Made by a program: the position numbers and the translations under genes. A stretch of 55,311 nt of DNA, filler included, from Trypethelium eluteriae (lineage: Eukaryota), in NCBI GenBank assembly GCA_051942245.1. It is 3 parts of 3 records of this genome, joined end to end, with 100 filler letters (N's around TTAATTAATTAA, not from the genome) between each part and the next. Parts side by side here need not be neighbours in the genome. Positions count along the whole stretch, not along the records: positions 36,967 to 55,311 come from JAVECL010000570.1; 2 more parts are not named here. One strand, 5' to 3'. Under the pieces are notes generated by a model that was not told where the DNA came from, searched no databases, and was given only the letters and a program-made list of their open reading frames with translations. Below, piece by piece: positions 36,967 through 50,150 of the stretch; position 1 is the stretch's first letter, and the number at the start of each line of letters is the position of its first letter.

Positions 36967-38935
36967 GGTCGGCGGGGGGGATGATGCTGTCGAGGGAGGG
37001 GCGGGAGAAGATGGTGAGGAGGGCGTCGTGGCGGGGGAGGATGACGGTGTCGCGGAAGGTGAGGAGGACGAAACGGCGGACGTCGAGTTCTTCGCCGAGA
37101 GTAGGGATGTTATCGTTTGAGTCGTCGTTAGTGGGAAGGCTGACGCCCCAGAATTCCGCGGCTTCGCGCGCTGACATTATTGAGCCGCGTCCCTTGAACT
37201 CGAGGTCGAGGGGAAGGAAGACGGCTTGGATGAAAGGGAGAATATTCGTAAATACGTTAAGCCAAATGTCTGTGATGTGTGGCACAAGCCGATCATCTGG
37301 TATCTTTCGTAGTGTTTGATCAAGTGACGAGAAACCGGTCTGAAGCAGCTCTCTCAAATCTTCGATCAGCACGACAGGGGTTCGTCGCTGAATGCAGCGT
37401 CTCATATGCGCAACAACTAGTTGATTGAAATCTTCGATAGGAGTTCGTAGATCTTCACCTTCAAATATGTTTAGAAGACGAGCTTTCAACAGCGGCCATG
37501 CGTCGTCTGATGTCATGCCTGATAGCCCAAAGCTAGTCAATCCAGCGTTGAAAACAGAAGAATCCGAGGGCAAAGAAAAGACGCTTGGCCCCCCACTAGG
37601 GGGCCCAAAGGACGAAGCACCGGCAGAATCAGGACCGCTGACCATCGGCCATTCCGAAGCATCGTAGTTTAAGGACTGATCTCGAGGTCGATATCCAGGC
37701 CCCAGATTAGTATTTGCAGTCGTTGCCGCCGCCTTTTCCTCTTTCTTCTTTTCGCGGAGTGCTCGTCCGCCATGCCGGAGGTCAAATCCACTGACTGACT
37801 TGGCAAAAGTACTAGCTGGTCCGGGAGAAGAAGGTGCAAAATTGTAGAGTTGTGGAGCATTTGGTTCAGTTGGTCGAGAATTACTAGCTGCGGAGGATAG
37901 AGTAAGGCCAAAGTCGTCCTTCTTGTGCTTTGGTCGGGAGAGGAAGTGATGTCTATGCTTCTCCTTTTCATTTGTTGGGGTTTTATCAAGGGGAACAAGG
38001 GTCGATGTCGAGGCGTTGGCGGATGAGTACAACGAAGTAGCACCGGAAAAGGTCGAGTCGGCCAGACTGGTAGTAGACTGATTTAGATTGGATCCGAATA
38101 TGCTTTTCCCAGGAGATGGTAATGGCGGTGGCCGCCTATCGTCTTTCTCCTTGGAAATGCCAATATTCTTGGGCTTTGAGAATAGCTTTATCTTAGATTT
38201 CTCCTTTCCTTTCGCCTCTTTCTGTGGTAGTGGGGGTGGAGGAGGTGGCGGAGGCGGTGGCATTGAAGATACAGCATCGATTGGAGAAGCAGGGCTGCGA
38301 GGGAAAGCAGCATTTGCGCCAGCTGTTGCAAATCGACCACCTCCAGTACCGGACGAATTGTATTGCGTGTTTCTCACGGCGTCTGCCGGCGTACCTTTAG
38401 TACTAGGAAGCGGTGGCGGGGGTGAGTTTAGTTGACGTCGTGTATTCGCAGCTTGGATGGACCTTGGATCAGGTATGGTCGTGGACCGCTTCCGATTATG
38501 CTGGCCATTTTGCACATGCATAGCCGCCTGTGCGGCAATTTGAGACGCGCTGAGATTGGACATGTTGGACTGGGATGGAAGTGAAGGTTCAAAGAAACCT
38601 TGTGAATGCTGCCGTGGTCGATGGCCTATCTGTGCTTGGGTTGAAGGTGTCGGTGGAGCTTCGAGAGCGGGTGACTGAGTACGAAGAGGGGAGTCATTTG
38701 CTTTCAGCGGTATGGTAGGGCGAGAGAAATTATGGAGACTGGTCGTACTGGCACTCTGGTTGCCTTGGACGTAAGGGAGTTTTCTAGCGAAGGAGCGAGC
38801 CGTGAGTTGCGAGGAGTCGGACGAATCACTTGAGAGTGAGGCATTTCTGTCCCGAAGCGGCGGAGGGTCTCGAGATTGAGACTGAGGAGGATAACCAGGA
38901 GAGCGGTGACTCGATCCAGGTCGGGGAGAGTTCAT
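36967..38935 (-). CDS. HbrB/Bit61/PRR5-family protein (TORC2-associated), 3'-truncated at gap
   Basis: Long Ser/Pro-rich N-terminus, then HbrB domain WPLLKARLLNIFEGEDLRTPIEDFN..LPFIQAVFLPLD..FRDTVILP. Confidence 0.85.
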
Positions 38936-39280
38936 TGTGGTCTAAGTAATGCTGGCGGTGGTGGTACAGGGGGAGCTGGCAACCCTCACTAGCCGTTCAT
39001 TGCGCGCACGCATGGGAGAAGAGCGTCCAGATCCTGATTCCGATCATATCTAGAGCGGAAAGAAGTACAGAGATGTCAGTTAGGGGCGAGCCTCGGCGTG
39101 AGGTTTGGAGCTGTCGCGGAAATGTGCATGCGAGGCGGGCAGGCCTAGACGACGTGGGGTGACGAAACGAGGCACTCAGTACGGAGTACAACGCCGCCAC
39201 ACTTTCAATCAGACTACTGAAACGGTGTCGCGTATGGATCTCCAATTCCCGGCATATACTCTGGGCAGACAGTCTTGATC

Positions 39281-39622
39281 ATGTCTCGTCTCTCGGTCAC
39301 TGCAGTCTACGACTCTCCAATCGAAAGTCACACCTTTATCCTTCCCTCTTCCGAATCATCGGCCTCTTCCAGCCAGCCGGCACAGTCGAACGAAGCATCC
39401 TTAAGCTCAGACCCGCAAAGCGAGTACTTGCACTCTGTTCGATCCTCCGTTTCCAAGCTACAGGCTGAGATCAATACGTTTCTGACGAAAAAGATGGAGG
39501 AGGATAAAGGCGAAGTTAAGGCTGAAGACGCTCAAGCAGAGGAGAACTACGGGGAGGAGGTTGCAGATGATAATGAGGAAGTCATAGAGAATGGATCTGG
39601 GATAGAGGGAAAGGGCAAATAG
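39281..39622 (+). CDS. GON7: EKC/KEOPS complex subunit Gon7
   Basis: TAVYDSP..F, YLHSVRSSVSKLQAEINTFLTKKMEEDK and acidic EENYGEE tail, typical of fungal Gon7. Confidence 0.85.
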   Translation: MSRLSVTAVYDSPIESHTFILPSSESSASSSQPAQSNEASLSSDPQSEYLHSVRSSVSKLQAEINTFLTKKMEEDKGEVKAEDAQAEENYGEEVADDNEEVIENGSGIEGKGK

Positions 39623-40165
39623 ATCTCGATGCCTTGGTTTCCACAACGTTGCCAAGGATCTGAGAGCATGAGCAAACCTGGCACCAGGCGTGAAGTCCAG
39701 TACTAGACATGGAGCTCGATAGGACTTACGCCTAGTCTTTTGACCGAATCTCCGAGAACAAAGTTCCATTGTAGCTTTGGTATCTAGAGGGGCTAGTGAG
39801 GTCGAATGCAAGATTTCTCGATGCTACCTCTGCATTCATCTCTTTCTCACGAGGCGATGGACCCTACAGGGACGTGAGTTCGAATGAGGGGTTTGGGCAA
39901 GGCACGCGCATCGCAGTGCCTGGCTTGATGTGGGGTTTCGGCATGGTGTTTTGAGAGGGTACGACTACGATATTGAGCATAAAGGACCTTCTGTCGAAAA
40001 TGACAGGTTCTTCACTTTGACAACATCAGGAGAAAATCCTTGATACAGTGCTCTGAATATAAAATCTCAGGGCTTCTGAGATTATCTTACATATGCCAGA
40101 TATGATTCATGGTAACGGTGGGAAATATGTAACAAAAGAAAGAAGAATTAGATCTCGTTACAAAC

Positions 40166-43100
40166 TCAAGACGGAATATCCCCAGTCCACCTTACTCTCA
40201 TTGCTAAAAGAAGTCAGCATGGATTCAAGACCACTCAGAATAACCACTTTGGGGCGGCAACGGAACTTGGAAGAGCACTCACTTGTTGGGAACGGGAAAT
40301 ACATATCCCATGTGTTCGTCATGTAGACATGATATTCCTCTTTGCTTTCCTCCTCCTCTTTCACTACTTCATTTCCCTTCCCTTCCACCACCTTTGCGAC
40401 CTTCTCCCCAAGACTCGAGTTCGTTCCCACGGAAAGATGATACCTGAACTCGCCATCCTCCCTCCCAAAACTTCTCAAGACCTTCTTTATCTGTCCCTGC
40501 GGCCCTGGCATAGGCTGCAGATTGTCCAGTTTCATCACAGTCTTGAACATGGCTGTCAGCGCCACCTTTGCCATCGGGGCGCCAAGCCCTTCACGTCCAG
40601 GACCAAAACCGAGATGAATATACGAATCCGGATCACGATGAGGGTCGAAGGTGTCGGGATTCTCGAACGCAGTGCCGTCACGAGACGTCGCCTTGACGTT
40701 CACAAGGACACGGTCCCCAATCTCAAACTTTACCTCCTTACCTGCATCCATGATCGTGGTGTCTTGCGCAACTTCACGAACGACTCCGGACTCATTCGCC
40801 AGCCGGGTAGCCTCCAAGAAATACCCTAGCAGCTCTTTATCGGCGTCTTCGCCATCTTGTCGTGCAAGCTCGTTCAGCCGTCCCATGTGCTCCTTTCCAG
40901 GTCCAAGGAAGTATTCTACAGCCTGTGCGAACAACGCTCCGTAATGCACTACGATCCCCGCAGCACTCCAGATCACGTTCGTCCATACCAGATGCCTGAC
41001 GTCACGACCTGACTCCAGCAACCGATTGATACACTCCGGCCCGTAGCTCGTTAGCGTGCGGTGCTCCTTATGCATCCACGGGAGCGCATGTAGCAGCCTG
41101 CTCACCAGCCCTGTATCTCTTAGACTGACAATATTCGTCTGAATCTCGTGGGCAAGTAGCCTGAGACCCGGACGTGCGCGCTGGCGTAGGTCGAAGGAGT
41201 GCTCAGGATCCGGGTCAAAAAAGAAGGAGATGTAGCATGCTGCCATGACCTCGTATAGCTCGGCTTCGGTGAAGGGAACGTGTGGATGCTCGGGGGTCTT
41301 AATGGGGATACAGAAGAGTTCAGAGATGAAATGCAGGGGAGCGAGATTGCCAATGTCGCGGATGAGATCCGCTTGTGGCATGTTGGCAATGGGATGGGAC
41401 TTTTCATGGAGGAGCTTTGCGGTGATCTTTTGGAAGTACGTTTTGATCTCAGCCTCCCAACCCTCAGGGTAAAGTGCTCTTCGCATGAGATCTTGGGATT
41501 GTGGATTGGTGGGGCCATCGCCATAGAGCGCGAATTCCTTCGCCGCGGGACCGCCCAAGGATTCAATTGCCTCGCCCCAGGTAACCTTGAAGGTGTTTTC
41601 GTCTCCGAGAGCAATCTTCGCGGCTTCATATGAGCTAATGACCTTTTGTGGTGGCATACGCTTTGGCTCGTCGGTCGTGTAGTTGTCGATGGTTCCATGT
41701 TCGACAAGTATGTCTCTCATGACCGAAGGGATTGTCAAAGGATAATGAGCCCACATGCTATCTTGGCGGAAGTGGTTAGGAAACGCTCGCTGGAAGAGCT
41801 TGTAGGAGCAGCAACCGTTGTCAATCTCCATGTCCGCGTCCTGCTCTGCATACCCCCAATTTGTAAGCTGCTTGGGGGTATGCTCTATAGAATAGAAGCG
41901 ATCGCCCCGAATCACAGCCGTAGCGTCGGAGAAGAGAGCACGTGCGATTGTGAAAGGTGGAACGAGACCTGATCCCGGGATTGTGACCTTCTTCTTCCCT
42001 TCCACCGCAAGGCCGGGATAGATCTCGACATTGTCTGGATGATCGTATAGATGCTTGAGCTGATCCGCAATGTATGGGTCTGGATTTATCTCTTCAAATG
42101 TCTTGTAAGTGGTAAGATTGAAATGCTTGCGAAACTCATTCAGCGTTGAGAGATTCCATGCTCGAGCTTGCTTTATGCCAAGAGCTTCTACAGCTTTGAA
42201 GACAGTTGGCACTGTCCGAGCCCCGAACTCATTCCCACAGTCTTCGATGCTCGTCTTGATGATTTTAACGAGATCGTCGTCGGAGAATTTGCCATGAGTC
42301 CGCACATACCCATGAAAATCACGCTCCTCGGGATCCTGGGCAAGCAATTTGTTCTCCAAAATGCTTAGTCTTTGAATGAGTTCACGTTCTTCAACCTGCT
42401 CGACCGCTCTGCCCGGAAATAATTTCTGGAAGTACTCTTCAGTAAACTTGACGTCTCGCTCGGAGACGGCGGAATGCCAGCGATAGACGAGATTGAATTC
42501 GGCTGAGACTTGGTTCCCATGACCCTTTGGGAGATTGTTAATATCCTTCCTTGGATCGATCATCCACTTGTCATTTGTTCTGTTGAGGTTCATGATGGTT
42601 CGTAGGTAATCTCCCAAGATAATCGACACATACAGCCCGCAAGTAATAAGCCGACCAGTCTGGAACAGATCCTCGTCCCTCTGCTTTGACCTAGAAAAAC
42701 GGCCATTCTCATCGATGAGTGCTAATTGCTCGACAACGTAGTTATGAAATCGGTTGAACATAATGAGTAAAGCTCCGACACCTGGAGGAAAGCTCAGAAT
42801 GCGCACTTCAGAGAAGCAGTCCGATTTCAGCTTTCCGTCTCGAAATGCCCGCACTTTCTCCTGCTCTTCCCAGACACTACCATATAGTGGCGAAAGATCC
42901 AAGTATGAGGAAGTTTTTGAGTTTGCAAAATTCTGATGGTCTGTCCGGAAAAGATCATGAATGATAATAGTAGCAAGGTAGAACAGCATGCTGGATATGC
43001 CGCTAGGATGTGGCTCGGGCTTCTGTCGTGCAAGTAAGCTATCGAAGAGTACCCCTGGATCCGGAAGTGCAGCTGGCTGGACCGTCCGAGGTTGTACGCT

Positions 43101-43613
43101 CCTTGCGTAAGGTGTGTTTGCAGCGCCAATGTGAGGATAGAGGATGCTGTTTCCGGAACCGTCGGCCCGTCGATACTGGAACTCTTTCCCAAGATATGAC
43201 TGTGGAGGATGCTGAAGATCATTCCAAAGTTGGGTGATGAATCCATCAGTTAGTTTTGTTCCTAGAGGGTCACCAGACGGACGTTTTGCTGCAAGCTGAA
43301 TCAGCTCTTCCATCACGTATTTTCGATCGTCCCAGGGCTCGCCGGTTATCCTTAGATGTATGAGATTCTTCAATGTCTCTAGGTCTTTTTGCGAAAGACT
43401 TAATGCGGTATCGAGAAATTTTTCGATGCCCGAGAAAGGATGATCTCGGGGATCTTCTGGAGCATACGTCCCATCGCCAGTCTGTGTAGGCATGGGTCTT
43501 TGTCTTGCGTGCCTTGCGTGCAACAGCGTCATGAAATCGTCCAGGTGGCCTTCGCTGCCCGCACGAGATGGCGTGATATTGCCATTTGGCAAGGCTTCCT
43601 GACCGTAGGACAT
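40166..43613 (-). CDS. Fatty-acid dioxygenase-cytochrome P450 fusion (Ppo family, PpoC/10R-DOX-like)
   Basis: Heme peroxidase domain with YRRADGS, distal IIIHDLF and EFNLVYRWH; P450-like domain with EATR and PDTFDPHR. Terminal intron 40282-40204, then TMRVRWTGDIPS*. Confidence 0.93.
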
Positions 43614-45013
43614 CGCCTGGTCGTTCCTAGGCTAAATAATCAGTCAATAGCTGAGAAGTACTGCACGATTTGTTGGCATATTCTATGGCAATCCTGGCTA
43701 TGAAACTCTGGGAGGATACGAGTGATAAGAGATGGTATAAGGACAAAGTCTCTTCTCCTGCGATGTGTGGAGTACGAATTCTGGCCTACCAGTTCTGTGC
43801 AGTCGTGAAGGCGGCCAAGTAAGGAAAAGTTTGCAGATATGGGATGATCTTACTCGGGTCATAGTGCCAAGTAGGGGAATTATGCGATGGACTAACCTCT
43901 TGTGGTGTCACTCTGACTAAAGACCAGACGCTCAACGTATTAAACTATTATAAAGTTCGCAAAGACAGTAGGGTATGGAAGTGCATTGAGATGAACGAGC
44001 GATAAACTTGCGAGAAAGCGATGAAGAAGAATTTGAGATGCTCCGGAGACTATAACAGCCCTTTAAGGCATCGTGAAAAGGTTTCGGTCCTTCTTAGATA
44101 TTCCTAGACTGGACATAGCCCGCAGACCAATGGCAATGCCGAGGATAAGCTGCGACTAGGAATGCTACGATGTGCGTTTGCTCTTACAGAATGCAGCTGC
44201 GGCTGATCAACATACCAACGGCCGGCATGCAAAAGATGATCGGTCCATGGGTCCATCGGACCCATGGCAATTACCGCAATAGCCCTCACAGTCGTGGCCC
44301 AGAATACCGACGAAACCGTCGACGCGGCGATGCCCGACGAAATCCAACAGACTTAGCTTGCTGTCGAAGATGGAATTGACCAATAGGAGAAGCGGGATGG
44401 GAGCGAATTGCTTTCCGCCAGCTAAGCGCCCGCAAGCCCCACACGATACCATTTTCTAAAATAGTAAGCTGATCTGACAATCTGAGTCTACGGCCGCGCA
44501 GAGCTGCAGTGGCTGCCTATTCTTCAGAACGCCAATTGCTTTGAATCTTTGAATGATGACGTGATGCAAGGGATAGCGGTGATAAGGGGTGCGTTCTCCA
44601 ACATCACCAGGAGAAGAAGGCAGAGGTTGGTGTCGGAGGCAACCAGGCATGAGCAGAGCGATCCAGATTCATGGCTCGGAAGAGATCGATTGCGCCTTGC
44701 GACTGCGTATGCATAAGTTGGTAGTTTGGATGGTGGTGGCGACGAAGAGCGACGCGGGTTCCTGCAGCTTTACGTCGCTCAAACGTATGCAGAGGAGAAA
44801 TGCTTTTTTCGCCCGGCGAAAATCCCATCCACCACCTGCATGATGCACAATGTGTGGTCACGTGCTGTCGTTAGCGTCACAATCACCCAGTCAGGATAAA
44901 TGAAGCTTGGATGAATTTTTAATTAGTGCCCGAGTTGATGGAAGAGGGTCTCAACTTCTCCAGACCAGCCTCAACCAGACCAGGAGTTGTAGGTGAGCTA
45001 CTGGCTGGCTATC

Positions 45014-46034
45014 ATGTCAATCACGCTCCAAGTTAAGCCTCGTGGTAATTGCAGTCCCCTGATTGTCTCTCCAAGCCTATTAAGCCTGACTGCGGATCAG
45101 CCAGACCTATTCGAGGACTACCCGAAAGCATCAGACTCGAACCAACTGACAATACCGCCAAATTATATGAGAAGATTGCGGCGCAGTCCAATTATAGCGT
45201 CTACCGCTTGCGAATTACCACTGATAGTGGCGGAAAGCTGCCCGTGCCGAGCTCAAGGGACCTTCTTCTCCATCAGACCAGTCTGCTCAGCCATGGCACA
45301 ATTTTCGTCAAGGACCTCGGTATGTTATGGCTCACGACCATTGGTGCCTTTCTAACGCATTGATTGCAGGACCCCAAATCTCCTGGCAAACCGTCTTCGT
45401 TGTCGAATACCTCGGACCCCTCCTCTTCCACCCCCTAGTTTATCTCCTCCGTCCGTACATCTACCATGACGGTTTGCGTGCGCCTTCCTCACTTCAAACC
45501 ATCTCTCTCCTCATGATCACGGTGCATTTCCTCAAACGCGAGCTCGAGACTCTCTTCCTCCACCGCTTCTCCAATGCGAGCATGCCTCTCTTCAACCTAT
45601 TCAAGAATTCTGGACACTATTGGTTTTTGGCAGGCCTTCTCATTGCTTATGTCACATACTCCCCTACATCTGCCACTGCCGCCCCCTCAAATCCCGCAAT
45701 CACGTATCCTGCAATTGCATTGTACTTCCTTGGCGAGCTAGGTAACCTCAATGCACATCTGTGCTTGCGCAGACTACGTAGCTCTGGAGGCACTGAGAGA
45801 GGCATACCACAGGGGTTGGGTTTCAATCTGGTGACATGTCCAAACTACATGTTTGAAATATTGGCATGGGTGGCGATTGCGATAGTCAATCGAAGCTGGA
45901 GCACTTTAGTGTTCATGGGAGTTGCAATTATACAGATGGTGCTATGGGCACGGAAGAAGGAAAGTAGGCTCAGAAAGGATTTCCCGGACAAGTACAAGAA
46001 GAAGAGATACACTATGTTGCCAGGAATTTGTTGA
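45014..46034 (+). CDS. TSC13: Very-long-chain enoyl-CoA reductase Tsc13
   Basis: Exons 45014-45044, 45101-45319, 45370-46034. VKDLGPQISWQTVFVVEYLGP, HFLKRELETLFLHRFS, NSGHYW, CPNYMFE. Confidence 0.93.
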
Positions 46035-46396
46035 CGCTGTTACTGAAGCTCTTCAACATGGCACGTTCGTGGTTCTGGCCCAAAAACGTTAAGATTAAAG
46101 TCTATAATGACTGGCAATCATCGTTCTTGAAAAGATCGGCTGAAGAAAAACACAGTAAAGCATAGGTAGTGTATCATTGGCTGGTCTATTTCTGACATAG
46201 ACTAGCTACAAATAATGTCAGACCATCCGATGCAATTGAAAAGTCTCCATCAAATTTCGCCAGCTGCCCTACCGAATGACTGTGGCAAAGCGCTGTCCAT
46301 CACCAGCCGCATAGACATTGCACAGTACCTTCTCCCGGTGTAAATGTGTTTTTGAAGGTCTTCTGCTAAAAGTACTGCTCTCTCCATTCTGCATGT

Positions 46397-47271
46397 CTAC
46401 TTTCTCATCGAGGAAGCACGACGCTTACGCATCTCTGCTTGCTTGGCCTTCTCTTCACCAACACGCTTGTGCAAGATCTGGGCATACTCGTTCTATGATA
46501 AACATTAGTATGGAAGGATCGAAGTAATGGTGTTTGTATACATACTGCCGCATCCTTGGAAGTCTCCGCACGTCGACGCTTGAGGGCGAGCCTATGACGT
46601 TTATGTTGTAGACGCTGAGGAGTCACAAGGCGCTGAATCTTGGGAGCTTTGGTATAGGGCTTCGCGCCCTCCTTCTTTGGCTGAACTTCACGACGGATCA
46701 CGAATTTCCGAACCTAGTCAAACCCAATGGCATCAGTCTCAGCTCAATCGCATAAAGCCATCGAAGCTGGCGAAGACATGACATCGAGCCACCGCCAGCA
46801 GCGGGGTGTACTCACATCGTCTTCCTTGCTGAGCCCAAAGAACTTCCGAATCTTGGTCGCCCTCTTCGGTCCCAACCGTTTTGGGAGCACCACATCTGTG
46901 AGGCCCGGAACATCCTCATCGCCCTGTTTCACGATACTGAGTGCCAGGACTGCCAGATCCATGCCAACGATGCACCCTCGCACACTCTTCCTCTTGCGCT
47001 CACCCGTGCGTCGTGGCCGGTAGCAGCTGTGGCCACCTGAGAGCAAGAGACGCACTCTCGTCGCATGCATGACACCCTGCTTCATGGGAAAGCCCTGCTT
47101 GTCGTTGCCACCCGTGATGCGGAAGATGTAGCCCTTGAATTCGTCGCCCACGCTGTCGCCGGGCACTTCTGCACCCATGCGACGGTCCATGAACACGCGG
47201 AGTTTGCGCTCGTCTTCGACCTCGATAAGTTTTTGCGAGCCATTGGCAGGGTAGGAAATGTTGAGCTTCAT
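46397..47271 (-). CDS. RPS6: 40S ribosomal protein S6 (eS6)
   Basis: Exons 47271-46816, 46713-46546, 46492-46397. [39 protein letters not shown]-terminal RRASSMRK. Confidence 0.98.
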
Positions 47272-47787
47272 CTTGCCGGAATGAGGGGTGGAGGTGGCCG
47301 GCTGAAGAAGTTTTGCTGGTTAGGAAGGATGGAGGTATCGCGGTGCTTGAGGTTGTTAGTGTGCGACTCTGTGTGGGCGGGTAGCGATTGGCTGGCTTGC
47401 CGAGTGCGGCTTTGTCGGAGCTTCGGTTGGAGATTTTCCGATCGTGGTTGCTATCCACACGCGCCACAATGTCAACTGTTGACTACGACGTCGACGTGTC
47501 TCAACTACTTTAACGACATGAAATTCTACTGCTGGCTCCTGAATATATACTCATGGATTAGATTGCAGTTTCTACTCGTCGCTAGCTCTGCCAACCTCTG
47601 GCCGCCGTAGAGACGTAACCGTTCTTAGCAATACGGGCATGAGGATTATATTTCAATATGTTGACTCGACATTCAATCCGCGTCTTTTGCCAGACAGAGT
47701 GGCTTTGGCAAGATACTCGTTGTATTAAGTATACGGAGCAAAAGCTCCAAAAGGTCTACCCAATTGCCTCGATTACTAAGCTAATGT

Positions 47788-49584
47788 TTACTTGATTTCA
47801 ACCTCATGATGGCTGACACTGCCCTTTCTCTCCACTTCCTCTACGCGCCTCTCAAGATCATGAGTCTCGAAGTCGGTCTTCTTCATTCCCGGCACAAAAT
47901 ATGGAGCATTCGTGAAAAGATAATTCATCTCCTCAAGCGGGCGCTTGGCGGTTTCGGGCAGAATCGCCCAAAAGAACAACGCGTTCGTAAAGTTGCAGAT
48001 CTAGGAAATTTTTTCAGCTTGGATTCAACTGCACATGGACAACTCCGTTAGACTTACGCAAAATAGGAAGTAGTATCTGTATCCAATGTGCGCCAAGGCA
48101 ATTGGCGTAACTTGCCCAATCATTGTATTGAATCCAAAACTCGTCATTGTGGCGATACTGACACCTTTTGAACGGGTTCTTGTGTCAAATATTTCAGCCG
48201 GAATGATCCAAGAGAGTGGACCATTGGTGGCACTGAAGCTGAAATTATACAGCCATGTCATTACGATGAAGCCCCATGAGGCGCCACTGTTCTTTGAGGC
48301 TCCGGGAGGGAAGAGAGCTAAGAGAATTGTGGCGAGGATGAAGAATAGGCAGTTGCCGAGGTTGCCTCCGATCATCGCCCACCGACGCCCTGTCGTATCG
48401 ATCAGGAGCATACAGATGAATTGTGCAATGAGAGCAATGACGGAACTGTGATATTATCAGTAAGCTTCGGAGATGATGTGCAATCGATTCGGCTCACCTG
48501 ATTGCCTGGTACTTGAGCGTGTTGTCTCCACTGATCCCAATTTGTTTGAAGATGGTCACGGAATAGTACTGGATTGCGCTAACACCTGTCATCTGTACAC
48601 TGGCCTGAATCGAGCAAGCCAAAAAAAGTCTCCGGAAACTCGACCTATTCGTGAATAATTCCTTGTACGACTTAGCTTCATGCTCATGCTCGAACGTGAT
48701 CATGTCCTGAATTTGCTCAAACTCGGCCTTGACCCATGGGTCATATTCGTCACCATGAGCATGTAGCCGGGCCAACGTACGGAGACCTTCTTCGGGACGA
48801 CCGTGGTCAATCAACCAACGAGGCGATTCAGGGAAGAGCAAAATCAAAAGCGCCAAGATACCAGCAGGGATAATCTGGATACCGAGAGGAAGGCGCCATT
48901 GCTTGCTGCTGCTGTCGGGGAAATCCCAAGCGCCGAAGGCGACCCAAGATGCAACCAACGCACCAACACCAAGCATGAATTGCTGTAGGGCAGTTACGCG
49001 ACCACGTATACTGGGATGTGCCAGCTCAGCCTGGTACAGCGGAACGATCATAGTCAAAAATCCGACACTGAATATCGTGATGAGTTCTCGCGGATTTTTT
49101 TAAAGAACTTCTGTACAGTCTTGCTTACCCAAGTCCGGCAATCGCGCGACCTGCATAAAGGTATCCAAGATTTTGAGCGCCGGTCTGAAGTCCACCTCCA
49201 AGACAGAAGATGATCGCACCCATCATGATTGTCCATCTTCGTCCGAGCCAATCACCAACGGGACCAGCGAATGCAGCGCCAAAGAAGGCACCACCAGTGA
49301 AGACGGAAACAACAGCGCCACTGCCAAAATTAGTTTCTTGGGATTCAGAGGTTCCAGTTTCTGAAAAGCCAGCTCACGTCTCATTGTCGGAAGCATTAAA
49401 CTTGGCGACAAAATTGTTGGATGCGATGGCTCCAGCAATGACACCAAGATCGTAACCGTAAAGGATGGATCCAAGAGAGGCAAACATGGAAACCAGAAAC
49501 TAGAGAGTATCATTGTTAACGCATATCAATCTATCCATCGGTCTATCGACTCACCTGGTACCATTTTGGGGGCAATTGAGGCAT
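47788..49584 (-). CDS. MFS sugar porter family transporter, about 504 aa
   Basis: Exons 49584-49555, 49499-49378, 49320-49129, 49067-48498, 48445-48058, 48000-47788. GYDLG, PLYQAELAHPSIRG, PESPRWL, QMTG, D..GRR, PETA..LEEM. Confidence 0.93.
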
Positions 49585-50150
49585 CTTGACTTGAATTCTT
49601 TCTCCCTTGCCACTCAGTGAAAGCAACAGCAAAGACGAGATTGAACGAGATTTGCCAAAAGCTCTATGCCCATCTTATAGGATCCACATGCCATGTGCCG
49701 TCCCTGCACCAAGCACTTTTTCTCTCCACGGACAATCTCCATGCGGGGAACTAAATCGGCAATGACCCTCGTCAAGCTCCATGTCTGGGGAGTTCCTGGG
49801 CGTTGGCGCCACCTTTTCGCCAATCATTATCGTTGGCAGATCGAGAAACAGGGTCGGCAGAGCCGAGGCCGCGGACTACAAAAAGCAATTAGATGCGATT
49901 TGGGTTAGATTTGATTTTGGGAAGAAATTGAGCTCGTCGCATGGCAAGGCGGACTGGAAAAATGAAGTTTCTCCACCAATCATTTCGAGTCAGGGAACTG
50001 AAGATGCCCCTCTACACCCCGCTACACGTGATGGACAGTAATTTTTGCTAAGCGTTGAAAGCGAAATAAATTGTTGACGGGGTTCGTGAATTCAGGTATT
50101 AATAGCTTGATGTCGGCGTCTGCCATTTTTCAGAATATCAGACAGTGAAT
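49585..50150. promoter_or_regulatory. Divergent promoter shared by the sugar porter and GH51, with CreA/Cre1-type SYGGRG motifs
   Basis: SYGGRG matches on either strand at 49724-29, 49743-48, 49785-90, 49971-76 and 50017-22. The motif is short, so this is only modestly above chance. Confidence 0.4.

Noticed and set aside
2..39622. TRM1, TRM10 and GON7 as a tRNA-modification gene cluster
   Set aside because: They lie on three different contig segments and are separated by many unrelated genes.
40166..46034. Ppo plus TSC13 (with SCP2 and the peroxygenase) as a lipid/oxylipin biosynthetic cluster
   Set aside because: TSC13 is an essential housekeeping gene, the others are on other segments, and there is no regulator, transporter or backbone enzyme.
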